Shown here piece after piece: positions 39,941-52,102 of a stretch of DNA of 64,000 bases (its first letter is position 1; every line of letters starts with the position of its first letter). The notes under the pieces were generated by a model. That model was not told the origin of the DNA, made no database searches, and worked only from the letters and a program-made list of their open reading frames with translations. Where the stretch lies: contig NC_087438.1 of NCBI RefSeq assembly GCF_036321535.1, positions 6,078,001-6,142,000 on the forward strand, read 5' to 3'. The position numbers were made by a program, and so were the translations under genes. This DNA is from Camelus dromedarius. Taxonomy: Eukaryota.

Positions 39941-40700
39941 GTGTTTTGTGTTCTTTCATGAGATGATCAGTCAGGCACAACCACAAGAGGAGACACAGGA
40001 GACATGGAGGGCAATGAAGTTTGTTGCATTCACAGGTCCTAGAGAGGCAGAGTAACCTCACGCCACGAGGGGCCGCGTGGAGGGAAAGACAAGAAAGCCA
40101 GCTCAACCCAGCCGAGAGCGAGCACCCCTGCGGCAGTGCCTTTAACGGGGGCAGGGCGAAGTTCACGAGCAAAGCCCCGAAGGGGTTTCACTGGTGCATG
40201 CGAATGTCGTTAGGTCACAGTCAGGGAGAACAAGAGGGGACCCTGTGGCAGGACCCCCTACCACACAGGTGCACCTGTTCGCCTGGGATGGGTAGTCACA
40301 GGCTGAGGGGAGGTGGAGGCATTAGGAAAATACTGTAAATTAAAATTTACAGCACTATCAGCCTTGTGGTGCCTCAGCCCCAACAGGACTAACTGGGATG
40401 AAAACTCCTGCCGCTGGGGCAGTGGGACAGGGCCCCGAAGGCAGGCTTGGTAGAGACGACAGCTGGGAAGGGTCCTGTTAAGCTCACGACGAGGGTTTGG
40501 TTCCCACGTTGCGCCGTGTGGGAAGACTGCGTCAGGCTCCCCGGGATTAAGGGAATCTGTTGGAAGATCTGTTACGTTATGAAAGGCCTTAATTCCTTGG
40601 CCCAGGCCTCGTGCCCTGGCCTGCACCTGCCCAGAGTTGTATGCGCATACAGCAGGAGGTGCCCTGAATGGCACAACACCCCGCCTCCCACTTCTCTGGC
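39941..40700 (-). mobile_element. ERVL-class LTR (MER76-like) nested in the MLT1
   Basis: TTTCATGAGATGATCAGTCA..CACAGGTCCTAGAGAG..CACGCCACGAGGGGCCGCGTGG..GCCTTTA resembles recalled MER76-type LTR antisense; right boundary uncertain. Confidence 0.5.
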
Positions 40701-40897
40701 TAGTAAATAGTCAAGAACCAGTCTCTTATCCACGGCCCCATGGCCCCTGGGGCTCCCAGCAAGTACGGGGGAAATGTCTGCAGTCCAGAGCTGCCAAGAG
40801 GGTTGGTATAACCAAGAACTCTCCTGACATATGTCAGCCTGGCCACTTTCCTCGCCAGGGCCCCCTCCCTGTGCCACAGAAGCAGAGGATCCCCAAG

Positions 40898-41112
40898 CAG
40901 GCTCTGGAGATACGCCAGGTTTGAAACCTCTGTTCGTCACCTCTGGATGTGACCTTGGCGATTGCTGAGCCTCCCCAAGCCCCACCTTTGTCATCTCTGA
41001 GCTGGGCATAATGTGTAGCATCCACCTTCTTGTGTGACCAGGAGAATCAAATGAGCCAGCATATTTAACTGCTTACAGTAACAGTGGGCATATAGTTAGG
41101 ACCAGAAATCTG
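40898..41112 (+). mobile_element. MIR SINE
   Basis: GGCTCTGGAG..GGTTTGAAACC..TGTGACCTTGG..TCATCT..GAGAATCAAATGAG..TGCTTA..ACAGTGGGCATATAGT. Confidence 0.75.
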
Positions 41113-41199
41113 TACTTTTCCCAGGGTAATTACAGCTCCTGACATTTATCTGAGAGGGGAAAATTTAGAGGAAAAACAAGCCATCATAAAACATTGACT

Positions 41200-41365
41200 T
41201 AGAGGCACAAAATTTTAGAACAGAAAGAATTCTAGATGTACTGTCTGATCCAAGCTCTTCATATTCTGAAACCAGGAGGAAATTATTTGTTTTGTATTGC
41301 ATGCCCTCGGTGGGTTAGCAGCAGGAGCAGGCTGGAGTCAAAAACAGAACTGAATGCCCTTTTCG
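41200..41365 (-). mobile_element. MIR/MIR3 fragment
   Basis: AATTTTAGAACAGAAAGAATTCTAGA..GTCTGATCCAA..TCATATT..GTTAGCAGCAGGAGCAGG. Confidence 0.45.
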
Positions 41366-42269
41366 CAGAGCTGAGACCTCTCGCTACAGATGATTCTTGC
41401 AGAATCCAAGTGGAGAATTTATTTGAAAACCACCAAGGAGTGTCAGGGGAACAGACCAGGGTGACAACGTGTGCATTCTGATTAGATTCTTTTGCTTATT
41501 TTTTCTCTCTTATAACTCATTATTTTTATTTCTAGTTTTCTACCTATGATGAAGAAAATGCTTATTATCAACTGTTCCACATTGTGAGGAGACAATAAAT
41601 TATTTATAAACATCTTCTAAATCTCAGCCTAGATAAAGAAAGACCATCTAAGTCATTTACCATCAAAGCTGTTACCCTCTGCGGCACACCACGTTGTGAT
41701 AAGTCTACGAACGTCAAGAGACAAAGTCTGGTGTTGCCTGTTGGGTTCAACAGGTCTTGGAACCCTCCAGATAAGAAAGGCTTAAAAAAAAAAACTCTCA
41801 AACCCAGGACACACACACAATTACACCAAGAAAATAGTCAAAATTGGATGGTCTAGTTCTAATTCTAGCCATTTACCAAGAGTGTTCTAAATAAAATGGG
41901 CAAATTCTTATATGATGCATCAGAATTGCCCTTTAAAAGTCAAAGATTTCCTTTTGCCTCCATGGAAATAAAATTTTAATTTGTGTGTCCCTAGAAGCAG
42001 AAGACTGGAGGAAAGAGTGACTATGTAAAGGGCTGGCTTTCCTGAGTTGAGATTACTGACATAAGCTTAGGTCGAATGAAACTGTATCTCTTACCCCAGA
42101 TACACAAATTACAAATGTTTTGAGTTTCACCATTGCCAGGGTGTGGTGAGTTTTTGCTTCCCAAGCGGTTGCTAAGGTGTTATTTGGTCCTGTGCACACG
42201 CTGGGTCTATTCCTCGCTCCGCGGCCCAGTTTGTTTGGTTGGCTTGGTTTATTCCTATTGTTTCTAAAC

Positions 42270-42532
42270 ATCAAGTTCAAGTCTCATTTCCTCCAAGACA
42301 CGCTTGCTGATCCTCACTGGAAAGGGCTGGGGGTTCTTCTAGGTGAGACCCTGTTCAACTGCTGCCATAGTGATTATCACACCACGCCTTCATTGTTCTG
42401 TCCGTCTGTCCTGAGCAGGGAGCAGCTAGAGCACAGGGACTGAGCCTTCCATCCCTGTCTCCCCGGCACCGGACACAACTCCTGAGGCCTAGCGGATCTT
42501 CAGTGGATGTTCAGAGAAGACCTGAATCAATT
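42270..42532 (+). mobile_element. L2 3' end
   Basis: CAAGTTCAAGTCTCATTTCCTCCAAGA..GAGCACAGGGACTG..CATCCCTGTCTCCCCGGCACC..CTTCAGTGGATGTT..TGAATCAA. Confidence 0.7.
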
Positions 42533-44599
42533 AAACTCCAGCCCTTTCTGCTCTCTGATGCCATCAGGGCACGTGCTGGCTTCCACACCAACCCTTTATT
42601 ATCCTCTCATGAAGGAGCATTAGAATGCAAGTAAGGGAGGGTCACATTCTAAGAATAGCACTCAATCTACTTTGATGAATAATAAGCAAAGGGATAGTAT
42701 TCAGCCATTCTAACTGGTAACAAATGGCTTGTAACATCTCATGTCAGATTATAATTTATAGATGTTTTCCAATCTGGAGTTGATTAACTAGTACCTGTGC
42801 ACCAGGAAAAAGAAAGTTCCATGGAACAAATATGTCCCCAAAACACATGAAGACACAAATGTAATCCTGACTCATGACAGCTGTACCTGTAGCATTGGCA
42901 CCAGGTGCTTCCCAAGCTACCCATGTTGAACACAAAGATACCTAGAAGGGAAGCGAGAAGAACTCCCAAGAAACCCACGTTAAGTGTTACTTTACAATAA
43001 TACAGGTGTATCTGCCTATAGAAATACATGGTGACTCCTCTCCAAGGCATGCTAAGTGCTAAACATAACGGGGCAAGAGTAAATTTAAGAACTACTTACT
43101 GCTTCCATTAAATCCAAGTAGATTTATTTGGTAGCCAGGTCTACCCTGATTTCCTGCTTGTGATTTTTGTTTAAAAGAATATAACTGTTTACTCATACTA
43201 TAAACTCAGATCATAGTCTTAGTTCACAGAACTCCAACAGAAGTTGAGTAAAATCAGTTGAGGAATTGACATCAAAAAGAAACTTGATGAGATGAAATCT
43301 AAGCTGAAAAGGAATGTTATGACTTTCTTCCACGATTATTAGTGAAACATCTTCCATGTGCGTACCTAATGAACACCCACCGGAGGGCTCCAACCTGTGT
43401 GACGTTGTCTCCTGGAAGTCAGGTGTGTGCGGGGCACCAACCAGGAGACACCAACCCCCCTAAGAAAGAGCCAGATGCCAGTGCAGGTTTTCAGAAGCAA
43501 CGCCAGCAAAGAGAGATGATGCTTTTAAAAACAAAATGCTCTATGTTGTAACAATTTTTAAACATCTCCTTTCTCACTGGAGGTCAATGCTAATGGCATC
43601 TCCCACAGTAATTCGGTCTTATGAAACTCCAGTTTAATGCTCAGTTCTGTTGTGGTACCTTCGCTACCACCCTGTGTGAAGGTGCAGACCACACAGCAGG
43701 AACTGGGTGGGGAACATAAAGACTGAGACTCCAGCCTGGCCCCCATATGCACTTGGGTACAGGAAGATCTCTGCACTAAGTACCTTCCAGTGATGAGAAG
43801 AAGTGAGGACCCACAACCCAGAGAGTCCACCCAAGAGAAACATCTGCCAAGATCCGCTGGGGTGTTTGAAACAGAGGCCAGCATGAGAAGTGGACATTGA
43901 CAAGGGGTGAAGGATGATTTAAAACATCAGATATGACAACCAGGGTGCAGCTTTACTTTTATTGTTACAATACTGTGCTCATCAAAGTCCATGAGCAACA
44001 TATGCCTACATCCTAACGCTAAAGGAGATGCACAGGAGTGAAGGCAACTGACTTATTCAATTAAGTTGCAATAATTTATCTGAGATATCAAGGCCTCACT
44101 TTCATTTCTGGATGAGGTAAATCATAAGAACATTCCTTTTCTACACTGATATCCCCTATGGATCACTGTCCAAGCCCATGTGAGCAAATCTTCAGTATCA
44201 GAGCAGTGACCAGCTTTCTGTGAATGGGAGACACTGGCTCAAAGACAATTGATGAGTGTGTGAGGGACTTGCACATCAATGCCTCAGTCTTTCGTGTAAA
44301 ACCCATCAACGTCACACAGAAGACATCCAATTAAACATATCAAGGATATAATAGAAAGCAACGTTCTACATATAACAGGAAATGTGCCAACGCTCTTAGG
44401 AAGATAGAACCCATCTGTTTTACTCTGAAATTACTGGCTGAAAAAAAGAAAGAAAACACGAGAGAGGAAAAGGGAGAGATGAGAGCAGTTCATTATATTT
44501 GGATTTTTAATTCATGTTTATTTTTGTATACTGTTGGGTAGATTTGTACCTATTGAAATATGGAATTGGTCCACTATTTAATGAATAATAGTTATATTA

Positions 44600-44770
44600 T
44601 GAGACCATGCAGAGATTTCATTAAGGACTTTGTTCTTTTTATCCTACAAGCACTGAAAAAAATTATTGAAAGCTTTTATTAAGGGCAAGATGTGATTAAA
44701 TTTACTTCTAAATCTACAAGACCATTCCCCATTGAGTACAGAAAATGGATTAGAGGATCAAGAATAGCTG
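44600..44770 (-). mobile_element. L2 fragment
   Basis: TTAAGGACTTTGTTCTTTTTATCCTA..ATTGAAAGCTTTTA..ATGTGATTAAATTT..GAAAATGGATTAGAGG. Confidence 0.55.
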
Positions 44771-46663
44771 TGTTGTCGAATTGGACTATTCCCATGTTTC
44801 TCTTTGACATTAAATGTCATGATTCTAAGATGAGAGTCTCCAAACATCCTTTTTGACTTGTGTACAGTGGCCGCTGCTGCCAGGGTGCCAGGAGTTGACG
44901 TCCACGAAGAAGAGGCAGAACCGAGTCAGGGTCCCACTGCTCCTAGAGATTGTGACCCCACTCTGTCATTATTTGGTATTGGCTGTTCTTTCTTTTCTGA
45001 ACAGTGCATATAATGCCTGTCCTTTATCTATGCAAATCAGTATAGGTACCATATATAATGATATAGTTGATCCTACTGGAAGAATATTCCTCCTGATTTG
45101 TCTCTTTATGGATTTTCATTTTTATAACTCCATGGTTTTAAGGTTAAACCCAGAGCCAAAGAGCAAATAACCTGGTAATATTGAGAGAGACATTTTACTA
45201 TCATTGTCATTTCTAACATTTTAAGAAGCCAAGATATTTTTGTTTCCAAGAAAAACAGCACCTGCGGCAGGGACTCTTGCCCTGAGTTTTTCTTACCGAT
45301 TTTAAAAACAGACGCCCAGAAGGATTTTTCAAACCTCTTGCCTGAAGAATGTGAGGGAGGAGTGCAGGTCCACGTATTAACGACACCTCTGGACAATTAC
45401 CCGGGCCACCTGCACAGGGCTTGTCTTCGTCTCTCTACACCAACACCCGTGGACATACGCTGGTTTTCCTCCGGACTCAGAAAGGCAACACAACATTCTC
45501 AGCTGTTTGGTGTGTGCTGCAAAGAATTGAGAAGGAAAGAAGGAAGGCAAAACTAAGATTTCTCATTGAGCACTAGGGTGTTTTTCATTATAAGGTCACT
45601 ATATTCAGATGATGAAAATTCCTCTATATTTTGCTTTATGGTGATCCTGCTTTGTGTCCAGTGAGAAAGGCATCTCCTATAGCGAAGCTGACAATCAATG
45701 TTTCAGCTTAAGCTCCTGTGATTTATTAGTTATTGAATAGAAACCAGTTTGATGTTTCTGAGGAAATACTGAAATTAATCAATGTGATGCTTAGATTAAA
45801 AAAGAAACAGACTTCCAAACTGGTGTATCAGGAGTCATGGAATTTAATAGAAGTGAAGAGCTTTTAGTGAATACTAGAGCCAAATTTAAATATATGCACC
45901 CTGATGTAGCTGAAGAGTCTGTTTTTGGGATGTAAGGAAAATGCAAGTGCAGTATTGTGTCACACTTCTGATACAGGGCCTAGAAACATGAAGAAAAGAA
46001 GAAAGATTTCATATGTACATTTAAATGTACCAATTTAGACATTAAGAGAGGAGACACATTGAAGGAAACCAAAGCAATGTAATTGCCAGTCAATAGATTA
46101 TAAATTAAATCCTCAACTAAGAGAGGCTGGGCTGTTAGCAGGAACAAAATGCTAACCGCTTACCACCCGGTGTGCTCAGTTTACTTGCAGTCGGCTTCAG
46201 TGTCATGAAGATACAGGTGTAATCTATCCTTTGAATTACGTCACAACCATTTGTTGAAAAGTCAAGTTTCATCAATAAGAAAAAAAATTAAACCCCCATT
46301 TAAACAGAGAGTTAAAGTAAAGCTAAAAATAAGAATATTTCTCATATTGCTCTAAATATACCACAACCATTTTATTTTATTTTATTTTTTTATTCACTAT
46401 CTTCATATGATTTTGGACAACTTGTCTATATTCTGAAACAAGAAGATGACTTTGAAGCTTGTGGGAGCCTTTGGCATCTTGTCTACACTCAGCAGAAAAA
46501 CCATTGCCACTGAGGCAAATTTGCTACCCCTAAACACACTTCTTGCAGCCGCATGTTGTAGTCAAGAAGGTAAGAATGTTGCTTAGTGGAAGATAAACCT
46601 CGCTGCTTAGATATTCCAATTGCTGTGGAAGATATAAAGAATAAAATAAACACAGGTACTCTA

Positions 46664-47180
46664 TGCATTTTACTATTGCTGCCATAACAAATTACCACAA
46701 ATGTAGAGGCTTAAAATAACAAATTTATTATCTCACAGCTCTTGAGGTTGGAAATCCAGTTGGTTTGGCTGATTTTTTGTTTCTAGTCTCACAAGTCTGG
46801 AGCCGAGGGGTCAGCAGGGCTGTGCTCCTTGCTGGAGGCTGTGGCGCATCCTCTCCCAGGCTCATGCTGCCTGTGGGCAGAATTCAGTTCCAGGTGGGTG
46901 CAGCACTGTGGTCCCAATTTCCTTGCCAGCTTTTGCCTGGAGGCCATTCTCCGCTTCCAGAAGACACCTGAATTCCCCGGCTCATGACCGCCTTCATCTT
47001 TAAAGCCGACGTCAAATCCCTCTCCGGCTTCAAATTTCTGACATTCCTGCCTGCCTCAGTTGAAGAAAGTTTCTCTGCTTTTAAGGGCTCATGTGATCAG
47101 ATTGGTCCTACCTGGATAGTCCAGGTAATCAACCCATCATTAGGTCCATAAATTTAATTAGGTCTGGTAAATACTCTTTA
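46664..47180 (-). mobile_element. MaLR LTR (MLT1E-like), main part
   Basis: CTATTGCTGCCATAACAAATTACCACAAA..GGCTTAAAATAACAAATTTATTATCTCACAG..GGCAGAATTCAGTTCC..CTGCTTTTAAGGGCTCATGTGAT..CCTACCTGGATAGTCCAGG. Confidence 0.9.
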
Positions 47181-47628
47181 TAAAAACATGTACATTTCTT
47201 TAATTTTTAAAAATATGCACAAGAGAAGCCATGCGTTTTCTGCAGGAATGTATGCATTAACAAAGTATTTCATACAGCTTTCCAAAACTAGTGTATCAGT
47301 CCAAAATTTCTTAATTAGATACATCATAATTTTTTAAGTTAACTTGAAATCCCTAAAACTACTGGACATCTAGACTTTTTTTCCAAAATCAAACTGAACA
47401 GAGAATCTGAATACAGTTTGTGTTAAATATGGTTTATTTTTAGCTTTATTGTTTATATCCTATAAATGTACATTTATTGTACCTTTGCAAACAGGATACA
47501 TTTCTTAAAAAACTGATCAAAATTTTCCATACTTGTAGCTCCATCTGACAGATTACTGTCAACGCTATTCTACTTACATAATTATAGAACCCAAGAGCAC
47601 GGGACTAGCAAAGGGAATACAACTGAAT

Positions 47629-47697
47629 GGAACAAAGTCACAGGATGCAGAGCTTGCGGTGCAGACATCTTTGTGGGGCCATTATTCTTCCTAGCTT
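47629..47697 (-). mobile_element. Displaced terminus of the same MLT1E-like LTR
   Basis: AACAAAGTCACAGG..GACATCTTTGTGGGGCCATTATTCTTCCTA is the expected continuation after 47180. Confidence 0.7.
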
Positions 47698-48117
47698 AGG
47701 TATGGTTTTCAAATAATACAGGAGGTTTAACAATTACCCCAATATAAGTTTCTGCTATTTTGGAATAAAATATTAGAATTTTGAATTTGAACTATTTGGA
47801 GTTACTTAGTACCAAATTATATTGCTTAGGAATTTTGGTAAACAGATAAGTTTCATATTGGTCTGTTACTTATGTCTCCCACTCCACATGTACACATGAC
47901 TTGTGTATTTGTATTATATATAAAATATTATATATGGCATATATATGCACATTAAAGGTATGAAGTAATGGTCACTGGATTTTTCTTATATGTATTGGAT
48001 ATTTCAATTTCTGATGATTAATTACTTTTTCTTTTCACAGCTCTTTGATGTTTGTTTTGTTTTTCTTGATTTTTGGGTTGAATGATTACCATTTATTTTC
48101 TAAGTCATTAGTAAAAC

Positions 48118-48198
48118 TTTTTTTGTGTTTTTAAATTTATTTTTATTTTAATTGAAGTATAGTCAGTTTATAATGTGTCAATTTCTGGCGCACAGCAA
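48118..48198 (-). mobile_element. Extremely 5'-truncated young L1 3' end
   Basis: T-rich tail plus ATTGAAGTATAGTCAGTTTATAATGTGTCAATTTCTGGCGCACAGCA, the reverse complement of the terminus seen at 55965-56010. Confidence 0.8.
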
Positions 48199-49305
48199 AG
48201 GCAGCTTCATTGTGGGAGAAAACTGTGCAATAAACCTGAAGCTGATCTTTTCCTCTACGTCTTTCCACCTGTAATTTAGTGAGTTTTTAAAGCTTTTACA
48301 AAATGTAATGCCTTATCTCTCAACCCAAATGTTGCAATTGTAAATAGGGAAAGTTTAAATTAATAGGGAAAAACGAAAATGATTATAGTTTGAATTTTAT
48401 TTATCTTTATAGTGGTCCACATTATTTTTAAGGGCATAATGCTTTTGCATTCATATTTATTAGAAGCAAATATTTAACTTCCAAATTGCAGACTAGGTTG
48501 ATTTCTAAGACACGTATCCCAACAAGGCCCCACAGAAGACAGATGGTTGCAAAGCCAGAGCCAGATGCTAACGCCTGATGCTTCAGAAATCTTCATTCCA
48601 AAACAATGACTGAAAGAAAGCACCCAGCACGCCTGCCCTTCACAGGAAGCCTTTGGCTTTTCTCAGGCCACAGAGAAAATACACCAAAACCCTTAAAAGC
48701 CTGAATGACTTTCGTTGCTCTAATAATCTGTCACACTTCACACTGGACAGGAGACAACTTCACTCATGTCAGTCCAAGTTTCTAAACAAAGCACTGAAGT
48801 TCAGGCCACCTTATTATTAACATTTATTATGTTCTCTTCTTTTTTAAAAAGTAAATTCTTTTTTAAACAACAGCTCACAATTTCCATTCAGAATGAAAGG
48901 CTGATTTTTAACACATTTGCCACTGAAAATTTCTAATGTAAGAAATTCAGAACAAAGTAAATTGAAGTCAATCTTTTAACACATTGCTGAGTGAAGGCAA
49001 AGACTTCTGCAAAGAGAAGATTACAGCACTCAGGGTTACATGAAAAGGAACCATGAAAAGAAAATGACAGAGAGGAAATATTAAATATGAGAAAACCTGC
49101 CCTGAGCAAATAGTGTACACTGATTTCTTGATATTGTAGCATTTCCAGTATCATTTGTAAAAACGTTCTACAAATTGCCCTTAATGTTTTGAAAGAAATT
49201 CAAAAGATTTAGGCAAATTTGAGAAGAAAATGTGCTTGGCTTTGGTACCAGAATTGGCCTCATAGCTTCAGATCCCAAGTCTCTGCCAGGCTGTGAGCCC
49301 TCCTC

Positions 49306-49356
49306 TGACGTCACCCAAGTGTGTGACGTCAGCGAGCTGCAGCTAGAGTGACGTCA
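49306..49356. promoter_or_regulatory. Cluster of three full CRE sites (TGACGTCA)
   Basis: Exact TGACGTCA at 49306-49313, 49324-49331 and 49349-49356; CpG-rich segment follows at about 49600-49880. Confidence 0.65.
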
Positions 49357-49892
49357 CTTGGAGCAGGATAAGGGTGAGTCTGTCGCTCCATCCTCACTCA
49401 CGGGGATGAGGTCACACAAACCAGTATGTGGTGGCACAGATTTTTCAGCCTCACCGTGACAGGCAGTGGGTGACGGGGATACCAAGGTGTGGGGTCTCAG
49501 AGGGGCCCCAGTACAATCCACTGGTTCCCCCACCCGGGCTCTGTCTCAGTCAGGGAGCCAATGAGCAGAGGCCTCATCAGAGCATCACCCTTACACCTGA
49601 TAGAGGCTCCTGGAGAGAAAAGGAGGCTCTGCGAACCCGGGAACCGGCGCCTCTCCCTCCTCCCGCCCAGGCCAAGGGCAGGGCAGCGCAGCAAACTCGC
49701 TGGGGCAGGCAGGTGCCCCAAACAGGATGGGACAAGGCTGCGCAGAACCACTCGCTCAACTCACTGGTCCCAGGGTTCCTGCTAGACACGGCTCTTCCCT
49801 GGGCACAGGGAGGAGAGTGGAGAGAAGCCAGGAATCACTAACGGAGCGCCCGTCCAGGGACGGAAGAATCGGCGCTCTGAGTTGCCCAAACA

Positions 49893-50080
49893 CACAGGCT
49901 TTGGGATCTGACACCCCAGACCTGGAGTCTGGACCCAGGACTTAACAGCACCTAAGGTAGGCAAGTTCCTGATTCTCATGAGATTTCAGTTTCCTCATAT
50001 GTAAATACAGACACAGCTAATTATGTAGATTAAGGAATAGGAGAACAGCTATGCAAAATACTTAGTGGTGTTTAGCACCT
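49893..50080 (+). mobile_element. MIR SINE
   Basis: AGGCTTTGGGATCTGACA..GGCAAGTT..TTCAGTTTCCTCATATGTAAA..TATGCAAAATACTTAG. Confidence 0.7.
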
Positions 50081-50312
50081 GTACGTTAATGTAAAAATTG
50101 TCACCCTAAACCAAGACCCAGTATGTTCAGTCGAGCGTGTTTTGGATGCCTATTCCCACATAAACATCTGGCTACACACTGTTGCCCCGCGCACAGTGCC
50201 ACGCCTCTTAATTCTCTCTGCATTTATGCTGATAGAAGTCAGAATATTCTGGACAAGGATAATGGCGCAGCTTCAGTCAAATACATGCAAGTGTAGCTAG
50301 GTTACAGCCAGA

Positions 50313-50660
50313 TGCATAGACTGAGTGTTCGGACCTCCCCAAAATTCGTATGTCGCAACCTAATCGCCAGTGTGATGGCGTTAGGCGGTGGGCCTTTGGG
50401 AAGCGATTAGGTCATGAGGGTGGAGTCTTCTTAAATGGGATTAGCGCCCTCCTAAGGGAGACCCCAGAGAGCCCCCTCACTCTTCTACCATGTCAGGACA
50501 CAGAATTGGCCTCTGTGAACCGGGAAGCAGTCTTACTAGACTTGAAATCTGCAAGTGTCTCGATCCTGGGCTCCCCACCTTCCAAACTGTGAGAAGTAAG
50601 TTCCTGTTGTTTCTGGGCTTCCCAGTGCGTGGCGTTTTTATCTTACGTAGACGATAAGAA
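50313..50660 (+). mobile_element. MaLR LTR (MLT1A/MLT1A0), near full length
   Basis: CCCCAAAATTCGTATG..GGGCCTTTGGGAAGCGATTAGGTCATGAGGGTGGAG..ATGGGATTAG..AGACCCCAGAGAGC..CCAAACTGTGAGAAGTAAGTTCCTGTTGTTT. Confidence 0.9.
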
Positions 50661-50759
50661 TATCATTGCCTCCTGATGAGAGAAGGCCCTCCCCGAGCAC
50701 CTATGACTTTATCTCACCTCGCATGATTAATATCATGTCCATCTCACGTGTCTGCTTTC

Positions 50760-51515
50760 TCCTCTCTGGCTGCCCCCCCGTCCTTTAGCATAAAATAGGC
50801 TCAATCAGTCATCGTCTCTAAAAGAAACCTTCCCTAAACCTTCACACCAGCTCTTTCTCATGCAGTTGACTTATCCGTACCCTTCCCCTTTCTTCCAAAC
50901 TCCTACAAAGAACCATCTAGAGCCACCTACTATCTCCTTACCTCTCATTCATTGGCCAAGTTCCAAACACTGTTACTTCCTTGAAATCAGTTTGACGTCT
51001 TTGTCGTTTTTTGGAAATTGCATTTGCCAAGGTCAAGAGTGACCTATAATTTGCCACATCCAATGAATTATCTTTTCATTCAAGAGACATTTTCTATGTA
51101 GGCTGTAAAAATGTGTTTTGGGGACTCCTTGGCCTTTCACAAGCATCAGCCTCCCCCAACGTCCTTTACTGACAGCCCTTCTTCGCAGCTCGCCTCTCAG
51201 CCCCTCGTGCCCGCCCCTCCTCCTCCGCTCTCCCATTATCTGGTGTTGCTCACAAGACTGACACGAGGCTTAATTTCTTCTCTGTCTCTGTGCAATTTAC
51301 AGATAATACTATACATCTCCATATCTTCAGCTACCACTGACAACTTTTAAATGTCTTTCAGCATTTTGACCTTTTTCTGAGGTTTAAATCTGGCTTTCCA
51401 AACTGCATAGAGAACAGTTGTAGGAAAACATCCTAAGGCAATTGAAATTTAAACTTCTGAAACCAAATCTCATTTTCTAACCCTAAACACACTCTGCTTC
51501 TCCTGTTTCCCTTAT
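50760..51515 (+). mobile_element. L2 ORF2 fragment
   Basis: GAAATTGCATTTGCCAAGGTCAAGAGTGACCT..TTGCCACATCCAATG; CTTCAGCTACCAC..; TCTGAAACCAAATCTCATT..CTCTGCTTCTCCTG. Confidence 0.6.
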
Positions 51516-51849
51516 AAAGCCAAGGTGGTTTTGTGGATAATGGTCTATTAATTATTTTAAATCACTGCCATTTGCCATAAGGAAGGTTCTGTAACAGAGG
51601 AGTTCTTACTGATCTACAAAACACTCTGAGGTGGAGGTAAAACTGAGTTTATCAGTGAAAGCTGGAGTGAATTAAATGCTTGATGTAGACAAGAATTGTG
51701 TGCCCAGTGCTTTCCAAGAGAAAGAGTGAAGAATTAATACAGGGTAGGGAAGAACAGAAAAGAGCAGGTAGGTTGATAAGCTGGGGTTTGGTTTGGTACA
51801 GAGGAGTTAGTGACAGACTGTCAGTGTCGGGGTCGCTGAAAGGAGACGC

Positions 51850-52102
51850 CGGTTACTGTAAGTTTCCACTTGTCCTGCCACCGGGTGACCCCACCCCTGG
51901 GCTCTGGGCACTGCCTCTGCTGTTGAGCCTCCAGCCTGCAGGGGAGCAAAGTCCTGTCCTGGGTAGCCCGCCCCTGGGTGGCCTCACCAACGCCTTCAGA
52001 TTCCCAAATTTTCCATCACATGCATAAGCAACGCTGTGTAAATCTCCCCTGTGTTAAATACACCAAAGGGTTTCCTTTTTCTCGTTTAAACCCTCACTGA
52101 TA
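51850..52102 (+). mobile_element. ERVL LTR 3' part (LTR33-like)
   Basis: Ends AAATCTCCCCTGTGTTAAATACACCAAAGGGTTTCCTTTTCTCGTTTAAACCCTCACTGATA. Confidence 0.5.

Noticed and set aside
40258..41021. Longest ORFs in the track (138 and 149 aa, minus strand)
   Set aside because: They overlie LTR and MIR remnants in GC-rich DNA, overlap ORFs in other frames, and show no recognisable domain.
49428..49979. Stack of ORFs after the CRE cluster
   Set aside because: Open in many frames on both strands, running into a MIR; a composition effect.
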